Shown: positions 39,397-49,236, counted from the stretch's first letter. The stretch: 64,000 nucleotides of DNA from Roseibacillus sp. (GCA_051251855.1 JBPOGI010000001.1:704001-768000), one strand, 5' to 3'. The notes: generated from the letters alone by a model not told the origin. Program-made: numbers and translations.

Positions 39397-41069
39397 TAGT
39401 CGACCCAAGCGGCGATGAGGTTGGCGGCGTAGCGGGCTTGGGTGGAGTCGGTGAGGAGGTGGTCCGCTTTTTCGAGGGCGAGGAAGGATTTGGGATGTTT
39501 GGCGGCGGAGTAGATTTTGCCGGCGTTTTCGAGTCCGACGATGTTGTCGGAGGGGGCGTGCATGATGAGAAGACTGCGTCTCAGGTTGGCGATGCGTTCT
39601 TCTTGGTCGTGACCGTTGAGGTCGGTGAGAAAGCGTTCGCCGATGTTGAATTTGCGGCCCGCAAGGGTGACTTCGGCTTGGCCTTGGGAACGGATTTGAG
39701 GGAGGTCGTTTTCGAAGAGTTGGGTGACGTGGCCGGGGTCGTAGGGAGCGCCGAGAGTGACGATGTGCGTGAGTTCGGGGATCTCGCTGGCAGCGGCGAG
39801 GACAGCGGCACCTCCGAGGGAGTGCCCGAGGATGAGAGTGGGGGCGGCGAAGTCTTCTCGGAGGTGATTGGCGGCGGCGACGAGGTCTTGGACGTTGGAG
39901 ATGAAGGAGGTGTTGGCGAAGTCTCCGTCGGAATTCCCGAGTCCTGTGAAGTCGAAGCGTAGGGTGGCGATGCCTTGCTCGGCGAGCGCTCGGGAGATGG
40001 TGGTGGCCGCTTGGGAGGCTTTGCCACAGGTAAAGCAGTGGGCGAAGAGGGCGAAGGCGCGTGGGGGAGTGGCGGGGAGTTCGAGGCGGGCATCGAGTTG
40101 GTCTCCATTGGCTCCGGTGAAGGTTACTTTTTGGGAGGTAGGCTGATCGGAGGTGAGGAGGCTTTCGAGGGCGTTGAGTGTCTCATGGTCGGTGAGGTTT
40201 TCCCATAGGCTTGTAGGGGTAGGGCAGCCCGCGGCCGCGAGAAAGACGGCTAAAGGAATGGCGCGGGCTGAGTTGTCGCCGCCGGCGAGTCCGTTGTCGG
40301 AGAGGGTGGTGAGAAAGGCTTCTTCGGTGAGAGTGCTCCCTTGGCTATGCCAGCGAAGGGCGAAGTAGAGGGTGGCGGGGAAGGCTTCGGGGATGTGGCA
40401 GGTGAGGCCGAAGTCGGCGGTGGCTTGGAGGTAGTCGTCGTTGGAGAGAGCGTCTTGGGCTTGTTGAAGCCAATCTTTGGCGGGGAGGTGAGGGTATTTG
40501 GCTGCGGCTGCTTGTTCGAAGGCTGTGGGGATGGAGAGTCCGCTGAGGATAGCGTCGGTGGCGCGGACGAAGAATTCGGCGGCATCGATGACGAAGCCGT
40601 CACCATGGGTGAGCGCGGTTTGGTCGCGAGCGGCGGTAATGCGCTGGTCGAGAGTGGAGTCTTTGAGAAAGAGAGTGGGGACGAAGCGGGAGGCTCCGGC
40701 GAGGTCATTGGAATCGGAGGCGGGATGCTCGATATCGCGCGCGAGGTGCTCGAGAGTGGTTTTGCTGGCTCCGTCGAGGTAGCCGTCGAAGTCGGTCATC
40801 CCATTTTGCCAGACAGAGCGAAAGATGGGGAGAGACCATTGTGGGGAGGCTGCGGTGGCTTGGGCGACGAGAAGCATTTGGTCGCCGTAGTGGGTGAACT
40901 GGCCTTTTTTACGGTGGGGATGGTAACTCGAGTGCGGGTCGTCGAAGTCGTTGATGCCCTCGGGGTAGAGACGGGCGATTTTTCCTTGATTATAGAGCCA
41001 ATGAGGGCCGAGGGAAAGGGCATCGGCGAGGAAGGCGGCTCGGAAGATGTTGGCGTTGGGGTGGCTCAT
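39396..41069 (-). CDS. ADP-ribosylglycohydrolase-like domain fused to alpha/beta hydrolase
   Basis: N-term ADALSLGPHW, FTHYGDQ, ALTH, NGLAGGDNSAR; C-term AHCFTCGK, LRFDFTGLG, GHSLGG, HAPSD, ADHLL; start ATG 41069. Confidence 0.85.
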   Translation of the reverse strand: MSHPNANIFRAAFLADALSLGPHWLYNQGKIARLYPEGINDFDDPHSSYHPHRKKGQFTHYGDQMLLVAQATAASPQWSLPIFRSVWQNGMTDFDGYLDGASKTTLEHLARDIEHPASDSNDLAGASRFVPTLFLKDSTLDQRITAARDQTALTHGDGFVIDAAEFFVRATDAILSGLSIPTAFEQAAAAKYPHLPAKDWLQQAQDALSNDDYLQATADFGLTCHIPEAFPATLYFALRWHSQGSTLTEEAFLTTLSDNGLAGGDNSARAIPLAVFLAAAGCPTPTSLWENLTDHETLNALESLLTSDQPTSQKVTFTGANGDQLDARLELPATPPRAFALFAHCFTCGKASQAATTISRALAEQGIATLRFDFTGLGNSDGDFANTSFISNVQDLVAAANHLREDFAAPTLILGHSLGGAAVLAAASEIPELTHIVTLGAPYDPGHVTQLFENDLPQIRSQGQAEVTLAGRKFNIGERFLTDLNGHDQEERIANLRRSLLIMHAPSDNIVGLENAGKIYSAAKHPKSFLALEKADHLLTDSTQARYAANLIAAWVD

Positions 41070-41172
41070 GATTGGTAGAACCTTCTCTGTGCTGGTGGGA
41101 AAGTGCAATTGGATTTCGAGCGGACAGAGTTGGAGCTAGGGCGTTGGGGGGAAAGTGGGTTAGATTCCCGCC

Positions 41173-42324
41173 GTGATCGTTGGTTGGGACAGTGCTTTTT
41201 GGTGGTTTGTAGTTCTCTTCGTGGGAGCTTGCGTGGGTTCGTTTTTAAATGTGGTGATTTATCGAGTGCCGCTTGGGATGTCGGTGAATGAGCCGAAGCG
41301 GTCTTTTTGCCCAGGTTGTAAGAAGGACATTCCGTGGTATCGGAACTTGCCGATTATCACTTGGGTTTGGCAGCGGGGGAAGTGTGCGGAGTGCAAAATG
41401 GGGATTCCGGTGCGCTATGTCTTGGTAGAGGCGCTGACGATGGTTTTATGGGGGGTGGCTTGGTGGCTGTTTGGGGTGAAGGGTCAGCCTGGGGAGGCGT
41501 TTCTGTTGATGGTGATGCTGACGCTGTTGGTAAGCATTTCCTTCATCGATGCAGAGCACTATATTATTCCGGTTTTGATGACTTGGTGGGGAGCGGCCTT
41601 TGCGATTGTGGGGGCAATTTGGTTTTCGGGCTTGGTGACGCTTTCTGAGGCGGCGCGGGTTTGGCCGACGGGATGGGGAGAAGCCATGCTAGGTTTTGCG
41701 GCTGGTTATGCTGTTTTGCAGTTGGTGGTTTGGGGCGGGAAGCTGGCCTTTGGAAAGCAGAAGTTTTCCTTTGAGAAGGAGGTGGAATGGGCGTTGGTGG
41801 AGCCGGAAGAGGATGACCCGATGGGGCAGCTGTGTTTGGTGCTGGATGGGGAGTCTTTTGAGTGGGGAGATACTTTCTATCGTAAGACGGACAAGCTGCT
41901 GCTGGATGGCAGTGGCTTCAAGGTGGATGGCAAAGAGGTGTCGGGGGAGAGTTTGGTGATGTTTGGGGATCGGGTTGAGATTGGGGGGGAGGCTTGGAAG
42001 ATTGAGGAGATTGAGTCTTTGTCGGGACGGGCTAAGGAGGTGGTGCGCCCAAGGGAGGCGATGGGGTCGGGGGATCCGCCGTTATTGGCGATGATTGGGG
42101 CTTTCTTGGGCTGGCCAGCGGTGATTTTTACGCTGTTTTGTTCGTCTTTGTATGCGTTGCTGGCGGCGTTGCTGTTGCGAGTAGGATTTGGGAAACCGCT
42201 GCCGTTTGGTCCCTTTTTGGCGCTGGCGGGGGTGACTTGGGCTTTTGGTGGGTGGCAGGTTTGGGAGTGGTATATGGGACTGATGAGTTTTGGGCCGAGT
42301 GCCACGCCTATTGTGGTGCCTTAA
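41173..42324 (+). CDS. pilD: Prepilin peptidase (A24) with internal soluble insertion
   Basis: GSFLNVVIYRVP, SFCPGC, GKCAEC, FID, MGSGD, PFGPFLA. Confidence 0.88.
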   Translation: MIVGWDSAFWWFVVLFVGACVGSFLNVVIYRVPLGMSVNEPKRSFCPGCKKDIPWYRNLPIITWVWQRGKCAECKMGIPVRYVLVEALTMVLWGVAWWLFGVKGQPGEAFLLMVMLTLLVSISFIDAEHYIIPVLMTWWGAAFAIVGAIWFSGLVTLSEAARVWPTGWGEAMLGFAAGYAVLQLVVWGGKLAFGKQKFSFEKEVEWALVEPEEDDPMGQLCLVLDGESFEWGDTFYRKTDKLLLDGSGFKVDGKEVSGESLVMFGDRVEIGGEAWKIEEIESLSGRAKEVVRPREAMGSGDPPLLAMIGAFLGWPAVIFTLFCSSLYALLAALLLRVGFGKPLPFGPFLALAGVTWAFGGWQVWEWYMGLMSFGPSATPIVVP

Positions 42325-42421
42325 GAACGGATTTCTTTGGTGGGGAGGTTGTTGCTGTCCATTTGGAAAAGTGGTTGACCTTTTCAATGATTGATCACGG
42401 GGCGGCAGAGCTGCCAATGCA

Positions 42422-44110
42422 TCACCGTTCGGATTGGGACTGTTCGGCTGCCTCTTCCAATGCGCGGTCTTTGGCTTGGGAGGTGGCGATACGGGAGAGG
42501 GCGCTGATAAGGGCTGAAGCTCCGTTTTCTAACAGTTCGGCTTCGGGGAGGTCGCCGGGGTCGTCGAAACCGAGCCAGAGGGCGACGGAGAGATGCTCGT
42601 CGGTATGGAGAGCCCATAGATCGTTAGAGGGGTTGTTGAGTGCTGACCAGGTCTTTTGTTTGGTGAGGTCAAGGGGGGCTTGGGCGGCGAAGGCGTCGAG
42701 GACGAGCTTGTTTTGAGGCTCTTGTTGGAAGAGGGAGTCTCCGTGGGCATCGAGGAGGTTTTCGATGAGATAGGTGGTGGGCTTTTTGCCTTGGTTCGCA
42801 AGGACAGTGAGGGCGGTGGCCGCTTCAAGGGGAGTGGTCTGCAGATTGCCTCGGGCGAGTTCGTCGCCCTCGGTGAAGGGGCCGTTGATACCAAGGCGTT
42901 TGGCGAGTCGGGCAATTTCGCCGTCGGGCATTTGGCGGGCGGTCTGGATGGGTTGGCCAGGGATGGGGAGGCGGCCGCGTTCGGCTGAGAAGGCGTAGAG
43001 GAAAGGTTGGAAGACGGGGCCGAGTTGGCGGCGGGTGTCGAAGGCGCGGTTGAATTGTGAGGACTCGGGGTCGCGAGCGGTGATGACGGCTCGAATAGCT
43101 CCGGTGGTGGGCTCGATGGCAACAAGTGCACATTGCAGAGCTGGGAAGGGAGTTATGAGTTCGTCGATGCCATTGCGTGCAAATTTTTGGAGTTCGCGAT
43201 CAATGCTGGAGGTGGCGGTGAGTCCGCCGGAGAGGAAGTCGTTCTGGTCGAGGAGCTCGTTGAGGTGGCGGCGGGCGCAGCGGATGGCATCGGTCTGGAC
43301 CTCGCGCGGGGGCAACAGGTGGAGTGGAGCTTTGAGGCTGTCGTCGCGTTGTTGGAAGGTGAGCTTACCGTCGGCTGCCATTTGACGGAGCACCTGATCG
43401 CGCTCGCGAAGGGCGGCTTCTCGGTCATTGCGGGGGGAAAAGTCGTGGGGGGCTCGGATGATACCGACGAGGAGGGCGCTTTCGGCGGTGGTGAGCTGGG
43501 ATGTCTTTTTGCCGAAATAGGATTGGGCGGCTTGTTCGATGCCGTAGGCTCCGGCGCCGAAGTAGATTCGGTTGAGGTAGGCGGTAACGATTTCGTCTTT
43601 GGAATAATTGGCCTCGATGCGGAAGGAGAGGGTGGCTTCGAGGAGCTTGCGATGCAGAGAGAGCTCGCGAATCTCGTAGGTATTTCGCGCGAGTTGCATG
43701 GTGATGGTGGAAGCGCCTTGGGTGATGCCACCGTCTTTGAGATTTCGGAGAGCGGCTCGGAGGACGCCGCGAAAGTGGACACCACCGTGCTTAAAGAACT
43801 CTTTATCCTCGCGGGCGGTGAGGGCGTCGATGAGACCTTGAGGGATTTCGTCGCGGGGAATGACACGGCGGCGAGAGCCATGGATGGCGGCGAGTTCGTT
43901 GCCTTCGCGGTCGAGAAGCAGGGTGCGCTCCGGCATCTCCTTGATTTCCTTGATGTCGTAGCGGGAGGCGGTAACCCAATAGCCGACGCCTACGAGAATG
44001 AGGAGAACGACTACAATGAGGGAAACTCTGAGGAAAATCCGCCCTAAGGCACCTACCCAAGAGGGAATTTGGTCCCAGAGTTTTGGTTCGTCTTCTTCTA
44101 GCCAAGTCAT
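42422..44110 (-). CDS. Class A PBP-like transglycosylase with degenerate transpeptidase domain
   Basis: TM anchor; EDKEFFKHGG, GASTITMQLARN, RKLLE, YLNRIYFG intact; SxxK absent. Confidence 0.85.
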   Translation of the reverse strand: MTWLEEDEPKLWDQIPSWVGALGRIFLRVSLIVVVLLILVGVGYWVTASRYDIKEIKEMPERTLLLDREGNELAAIHGSRRRVIPRDEIPQGLIDALTAREDKEFFKHGGVHFRGVLRAALRNLKDGGITQGASTITMQLARNTYEIRELSLHRKLLEATLSFRIEANYSKDEIVTAYLNRIYFGAGAYGIEQAAQSYFGKKTSQLTTAESALLVGIIRAPHDFSPRNDREAALRERDQVLRQMAADGKLTFQQRDDSLKAPLHLLPPREVQTDAIRCARRHLNELLDQNDFLSGGLTATSSIDRELQKFARNGIDELITPFPALQCALVAIEPTTGAIRAVITARDPESSQFNRAFDTRRQLGPVFQPFLYAFSAERGRLPIPGQPIQTARQMPDGEIARLAKRLGINGPFTEGDELARGNLQTTPLEAATALTVLANQGKKPTTYLIENLLDAHGDSLFQQEPQNKLVLDAFAAQAPLDLTKQKTWSALNNPSNDLWALHTDEHLSVALWLGFDDPGDLPEAELLENGASALISALSRIATSQAKDRALEEAAEQSQSER

Positions 44111-44212
44111 GCGTTGCGAGTGCTCTTGAGTGATTTAGACCATTACTACGAGAAAAAGAATCAAGTTTGGTCAAAGAAGAGGGGTTGGTGTCGTCGTTAT
44201 TCTAGGGTAACA

Positions 44213-46855
44213 ATGAGTGCAGTGAAGGGTCTATTGCTAGTAAGCCTCTATGGAATGGTCTGTGGCGAAATCGTCCTAGGGGACCAGGATGAAGCGGGGC
44301 CTAGTACGGAAGCTGCTTTGGGGGCGGAGACCTTTGTGGAGCGTCAGCTGGCAGCGAATCAGCTCTGGGAGCGAGGTCCAGAGGCGGTGAATCTTTTGAA
44401 TGCGATGGCGCTGTCGGATGATCCTGAAGAGTCTTGGCGAGCTCGGCAGATTTTGCGATGGGTTGATTTGGAGATGACTCCCGATACTCCCGACGAAATT
44501 GTGGAGCTGGTCGAGAGATATTTGATCGCTGCCAATGCTCAGGACCGCGAGAGAATTTACGGCGATCTCTTGGCCAAGGAGGCCTATGTGCAGCTTTTTC
44601 GATTGCCAAAGCATGTCTCAGACGAGGTTGTTTCGCGCAATTTGGCAGAGCGGGTGGCGGAGTTGGCGGGAGAGGTGGCTGAGGAGAAGATTTTAAGCGG
44701 AGATGATGAGGAGGCCCTCGCCATCTTGGAGGATGCCAAGAATGCGAAGGCGGGACATTTGCGTTGGGTCGCGCTGGCGAGTGCGCTTGGGAAGAAGGAT
44801 GAGCTTTGGGACGAGTTGTCGGAAGATGACCAGATGCGATTTGCACGCTGGGAAGGGGATGTGGAATTGATTCGAACTCTCGCGGGGCCCGATCATGAGG
44901 TCCAACTGAGTTTGCAACTCTTGGACGGCGAGGTGCTCCCATTTCTAACAAAACAGGCGACGCGTAATGATTCCATGGGAATACGAGCGCGGATTGCGAA
45001 GGGGTTATTGACTGGAAAGGTAAAAGACGCGAAGGATTCCTTGTTAAAACCTCTCTTGGCGGCTTTGGAAGAGAATGGGGTGGATGAGTCGGAAGATGTG
45101 TTGGTGTTGTTGGCGCAGATGGGGTTTGCGGAGGAGGCCTTACCCTATTTTGAAAAGAGCTATCCTATCGACATGTTTGAGTATTATCAGGGGACTGAAA
45201 GACTGGAAGATGCTCTTAGGTGCTTGAGCTTGGAGGTGGGGAAGCCGATTCCGGCAGAGTGGATTGAGGAGGCGCTGGCGAAAGTGAAAGATGAGTTTGA
45301 GCTGGAGAATGAAGGCTGCCGTCGGTTGTTGAGTGTGGGGCAGTTTCTGGTCGAACGTGGGGAGATAGACGAGGCTGAGAAGGTCTTTGAGGCGCTCTAT
45401 TCCCGAATGGAAAAAGAGGGAGTCAATGAGGTAAACAACTTGCTGGCATTCCTCGGTGGTCGGCAGAGTGATTCTCTCCAGACTGGCTATCCTGAGTTCG
45501 CGGTTCGCAAGGCATCGGAGCGAGAGGAAGAAGTCTTCAGACCTGAGAACTTTCTTTCAGAGACTTTCTACACGGACGAAAGCTCGTTTTTGCTCTTGCG
45601 CTTTTTAGAGGGACGCGATGTCGAGATGGCGGAGTGGAAGAGAGTTCGGGCGGTGTTTTCTCTATTCGGACGGCAAGTCTCCTTTCCAAAGGATGAGCTC
45701 GAAACGATCTTGGCAGAGTTCGAGATGAGCGCGGAGACCAATGCCTCGGAAGCGGAGTGGACGGTACTAATGCAGTCAGCGATGGCACGGGGAGATATCC
45801 CGCTGTTAGAGCGGTCGATTCGAGCATTGATCGATATCGTTGAGAATAAGGAGAACATGACTGCAAATCTGGCTTCGCTACTGTTCTCTGACGGACGGTT
45901 TGAGGAGTCGTCTCAAATCTTGAACGAATTGGTGGAGGCTGACCCTAGAGGGTTTCATTTGATGGAGTCTCTTGCAATTGTCTTGGAGTTAGCTGGAAGG
46001 GGGGAGGAGGCCGAGAGGTGGCTGACAAAGCTTGAGAAGCTGGCTTTAGGAGATGGCGCGTGGTTATTTTCGCTGGGGGAAACTTGGGGAGAGCTTGGAA
46101 ATTGGAAACGGCAACACGAACTTAATCAGCGGGCTTTCCTGTTGTTTCCCGCTGAGTCCAGCGGATGGATTCGGCATCTCTATTATTTGTCGGAGTCGGC
46201 GCGAAAGGCGGGATTGTGGAAGCAGGCTGCTGCGTGCCGAGAGGCCTACAACACTTACTTGAATTTCGAGATTTATGGGAATCCAATGGGCTACTTTAGG
46301 GGGCGTGGGCAGCTAGATTTTTCACGAGCCATGGCCGCCTTTGAGGAGGGAGATATGGCTGGAGGAGACCGTATTTTGAACCGGATGGTTTCCTATTGTG
46401 CGCACGACTCGTTTTTTGCGGATGATGTTTTCCCCGTTTTACGATTGGCGGGATTGCACGAGCAGGTGGAGAGGGTTTGGGCTCATGTTTCTCCCTTCTA
46501 CCGACATTCAATGAAGTCCTACCCGAAGGCGCACAATGCTCACAACACGGCTGCTTGGGTGGCCTCTCGGGCCGCGTGTGACTTGGACGAAGCTTTGATC
46601 TGGGTTGACGAGGCTTTGAAGGGAAAGCCGGGTGGGTCTGCCTATCAGGATACTCGAGGGGAGGTTCTCTTTGCGCAAGGGAAGCGGAAAGAGGCTCTCA
46701 AGTGGTCCGAGAAAGCATGCCAGAGCTCGGATGGGGTGGGAACGTTGGCGATGTTGCGGGTGCAGTATCGGCATTTCCGTGATGACCCTTTTCCTTTGAC
46801 GAAAGATGAGGTTGAACTGCCAAAAGATGAGGAGTTGCCGGCCCGCGAAGAGTAG
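44213..46855 (+). CDS. Large secreted TPR/helical-repeat protein
   Basis: Signal-like N-terminus from ATG 44213; C-terminal HNTAAW...AYQDTRGEVLFAQG TPR-like motif. Confidence 0.75.
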   Translation: MSAVKGLLLVSLYGMVCGEIVLGDQDEAGPSTEAALGAETFVERQLAANQLWERGPEAVNLLNAMALSDDPEESWRARQILRWVDLEMTPDTPDEIVELVERYLIAANAQDRERIYGDLLAKEAYVQLFRLPKHVSDEVVSRNLAERVAELAGEVAEEKILSGDDEEALAILEDAKNAKAGHLRWVALASALGKKDELWDELSEDDQMRFARWEGDVELIRTLAGPDHEVQLSLQLLDGEVLPFLTKQATRNDSMGIRARIAKGLLTGKVKDAKDSLLKPLLAALEENGVDESEDVLVLLAQMGFAEEALPYFEKSYPIDMFEYYQGTERLEDALRCLSLEVGKPIPAEWIEEALAKVKDEFELENEGCRRLLSVGQFLVERGEIDEAEKVFEALYSRMEKEGVNEVNNLLAFLGGRQSDSLQTGYPEFAVRKASEREEEVFRPENFLSETFYTDESSFLLLRFLEGRDVEMAEWKRVRAVFSLFGRQVSFPKDELETILAEFEMSAETNASEAEWTVLMQSAMARGDIPLLERSIRALIDIVENKENMTANLASLLFSDGRFEESSQILNELVEADPRGFHLMESLAIVLELAGRGEEAERWLTKLEKLALGDGAWLFSLGETWGELGNWKRQHELNQRAFLLFPAESSGWIRHLYYLSESARKAGLWKQAAACREAYNTYLNFEIYGNPMGYFRGRGQLDFSRAMAAFEEGDMAGGDRILNRMVSYCAHDSFFADDVFPVLRLAGLHEQVERVWAHVSPFYRHSMKSYPKAHNAHNTAAWVASRAACDLDEALIWVDEALKGKPGGSAYQDTRGEVLFAQGKRKEALKWSEKACQSSDGVGTLAMLRVQYRHFRDDPFPLTKDEVELPKDEELPAREE

Positions 46856-47755
46856 CTACTTGGCCCTTGGGTGGGCGTTGCGATAGGCTTCTTGAAGGCG
46901 GGTCTTGGTGACGGCAGTATAGATTTGGGTGGTCGATAGCGAGGCGTGCCCTAGGAGCGATTGCACTGCTCGGAGGTCGGCCCCATTATCTAACAAATGG
47001 GTCGCGAAGGAGTGGCGCAGTTTATGGGGAGTGACGTCAAAGGGGATTTCAGACTGCTTGAGATACTTCTTGAGGAGTTGGTCGATGGCTCGGGGCGAGA
47101 GGCGTTTGCGGAGCTTGGAGATGAAGAGTGGGCCTTCGTGGACGTTGGCTGCATGGCGATACTTTTGAATGGCTTTGGATGCGTAGGAGCCTACGGGGAC
47201 CATACGTTCTTTGGAGCCTTTTCCCATCACGCGTAGAGTGGTTGTGGCGCTATCGATTTGTTCGGCGTTGAGGCTGGTGAGTTCCGATAGGCGGAGGCCG
47301 GTGGAGTAGAAGAGCTCAAGGATGGCGGTGTCGCGGTAAGGCATCCAATCTGGCGCTTGTTGCGAGAGGGGGAGTTGCAGGGGAAGGGCTAGTAGGTGCT
47401 CGATTTGCTTTAGGCTGAGAGTGACGGGGAGCTTCTTCTCGGCCTTGGGGAGTTGAACTTCGGTAAGAGGATTCTTGGGCAGTCCTTGGCGGTGGGTGAG
47501 AAATTTGTAGAAAGAGCGGAGGGCCGCGAAACGGAGACGAATGGTGGAGCGCGCGGTCTCGGCCTTCATCAACTCGAAAAGGTAGGCGCGAAAGTGCTCC
47601 GGGCCTTGTGCTTCCCAAGAGGCGAACTTCTCCCCTTGTGACTCGCGGAAGAGGCGCAAGGAACGTTCGTAGTTGGTGAGAGTGTGTGGAGAGGAGTTTC
47701 TTTCGGTTGAGAGAAATTCCAAAAAAGCGTCCTCCAATAGATCGGCAGCGGGCAT
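46856..47755 (-). CDS. xerC: Tyrosine recombinase XerC/XerD family
   Basis: SPHTLTNY, LRSFYKFL, ELFYSTGLRLSEL, GKGSKER, HKLRHSFATHLL, LGHASLSTTQIY. Confidence 0.88.
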   Translation of the reverse strand: MPAADLLEDAFLEFLSTERNSSPHTLTNYERSLRLFRESQGEKFASWEAQGPEHFRAYLFELMKAETARSTIRLRFAALRSFYKFLTHRQGLPKNPLTEVQLPKAEKKLPVTLSLKQIEHLLALPLQLPLSQQAPDWMPYRDTAILELFYSTGLRLSELTSLNAEQIDSATTTLRVMGKGSKERMVPVGSYASKAIQKYRHAANVHEGPLFISKLRKRLSPRAIDQLLKKYLKQSEIPFDVTPHKLRHSFATHLLDNGADLRAVQSLLGHASLSTTQIYTAVTKTRLQEAYRNAHPRAK

Positions 47756-47894
47756 TATTTTAGAAAACTTAACTAAATCGAGAGCTGAGAGCAAGGTTCG
47801 AGGTTATTTTTTAGTTTCTAAAAAGGGGTGGTGCTCTCTTCTGAGAAAAGAAACGGCTTGTTTTCAGGTGGAGCAAGTGAATGATCTGTTTTGA

Positions 47895-48752
47895 ATGATA
47901 AAAAAATCTATTTTGTATCCCAGTGCCCTCGCTCTTGTTTTTTCGGCTTCGATTTCAGCAGAGGAGGTTCTGGTTCAGCTGAAGTTCGAGCCCGGTAAAG
48001 TCTACATTACTGAAACTGAAGTGAAGCAAAGTGCCGTTATTGCGATGGCTGGGCAGGAAATGAAAACGGCGATGACAATGAAGGCGACCACTTCTCAGAC
48101 CGTCACAAAGGCGGAGACAGGAGTCACGATTGTTCAGAAAATGGATTCGATGTTTATGGATATGGATGCTGCGGGCATGAAGATGACCTTCGACTCCGAG
48201 AACCCAGAAGGCCCTCTAGCGATGATGTTTGGGCCACTTATGGAGGCTGAGACGACCATGAATTTGGGGCCGGATGGCAAGGTGATTTCGATCAAGGCTC
48301 AGGCGGTTCCGGGCATGGAAGCGATGGGGATGGGCAAGGAAGAAATGACTCAAGCGGCCCGTGAGATGACGGATATGATGGCGAATAAGACGGTGGCTGA
48401 AGGGGCGAGTTGGACGACGACTTCGAAGTTGCCGACCGGTGGGATGACCGAGAAGCCAGTGACGATCAATTATACGATGACCTTTGATAGCATGGTGGAG
48501 AAAGAAGAGCATCGCCTAGCGAAGATTCTTATTGTTGGTAAGGTGGACGAAGGAGACGGAAATTTACAGGTGACTTCGAAGGAGTTGACTGGGGAGATGC
48601 TCTTTGATCCTAAGATTGGGCAGCCTCGCGAGATGACCATGATTGTCGACTTGGAGATTGGTCTTCCAGAAGGAGCAGAGGTTGCTGAGGGGGCCCCAGG
48701 GAAAATGCCAATGAGAACAGAGACTGTTTCCAAGTTAAAAGGAGTTAAATAG
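47895..48752 (+). CDS. Secreted Met-rich hypothetical protein (DUF6263-like)
   Basis: Signal peptide; LKFEPGKVY, MTFDS, GASW; beta-rich. Confidence 0.6.
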   Translation: MIKKSILYPSALALVFSASISAEEVLVQLKFEPGKVYITETEVKQSAVIAMAGQEMKTAMTMKATTSQTVTKAETGVTIVQKMDSMFMDMDAAGMKMTFDSENPEGPLAMMFGPLMEAETTMNLGPDGKVISIKAQAVPGMEAMGMGKEEMTQAAREMTDMMANKTVAEGASWTTTSKLPTGGMTEKPVTINYTMTFDSMVEKEEHRLAKILIVGKVDEGDGNLQVTSKELTGEMLFDPKIGQPREMTMIVDLEIGLPEGAEVAEGAPGKMPMRTETVSKLKGVK

Positions 48753-48839
48753 CCAGGTTCAGTATCGGCGGGGGGGTTGTGAAGACTCTACGGGGAGTTC
48801 CGGTCTCTTAGAGGATTTGACATAAAAGACTAGCCCGAA

Positions 48840-49190
48840 ACGTTATCGTTTTTCGGTCTTGGGGATGCTTTAAAATTACATTTATTTTTATTGTGGATAA
48901 GCAGTTTTCAATCGTTTGCTTTGTATTTAATGAGTAAATAAAAGTGTAGCTTTTTTGTGGTTTGGAAGTAGGTTTTCGAGGTCTTTCTTGATTGCTGCTT
49001 GTGAAGAATTTTCTATTTCTGTTTATGCTGTTAGCCACCAAGGCCCTGTTGATTTGGTGCCTTGTTTTGGTTGTCAACTAATTGGCAATCAAAGTTCTTT
49101 GGTGGCTTGGTCTTGGGTGGAAGTGTTTTTTGTTTTTTCCTTATGGAACTCGACGATGACCTATCGGTATTCGCTATGAATTATCTCCAT
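48840..49190. other. AT-rich non-coding island with DnaA box
   Basis: TGTGGATAA (=TTATCCACA) at 48892-48900; visibly much more AT-rich than flanks; between convergent genes. Confidence 0.55.
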
Positions 49191-49236
49191 AGAGAGGGGG
49201 TTGGAGGCCGGTAACGTAGTCATTGAGTGCTTCCGA

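Noticed and set aside
46856..47755. Tyrosine recombinase as a prophage/ICE integrase
   Set aside because: Length and motifs fit chromosomal XerC/D; no att repeats, tRNA or phage genes nearby.
48815..48842. dif-like site: ATTTGACATAA matches a XerD arm (TTATGTCAAAT) 1 kb from xerC
   Set aside because: The opposite arm (AGCCCGAAACG) lacks dyad symmetry and XerC consensus, and no GC-skew switch is visible. An 11-mer with one mismatch can occur by chance.
48808..49179. Small ORFs in the AT-rich island (48808-49077 -, 48955-49179 +)
   Set aside because: Atypical composition, non-ATG starts and no motifs; likely spurious.
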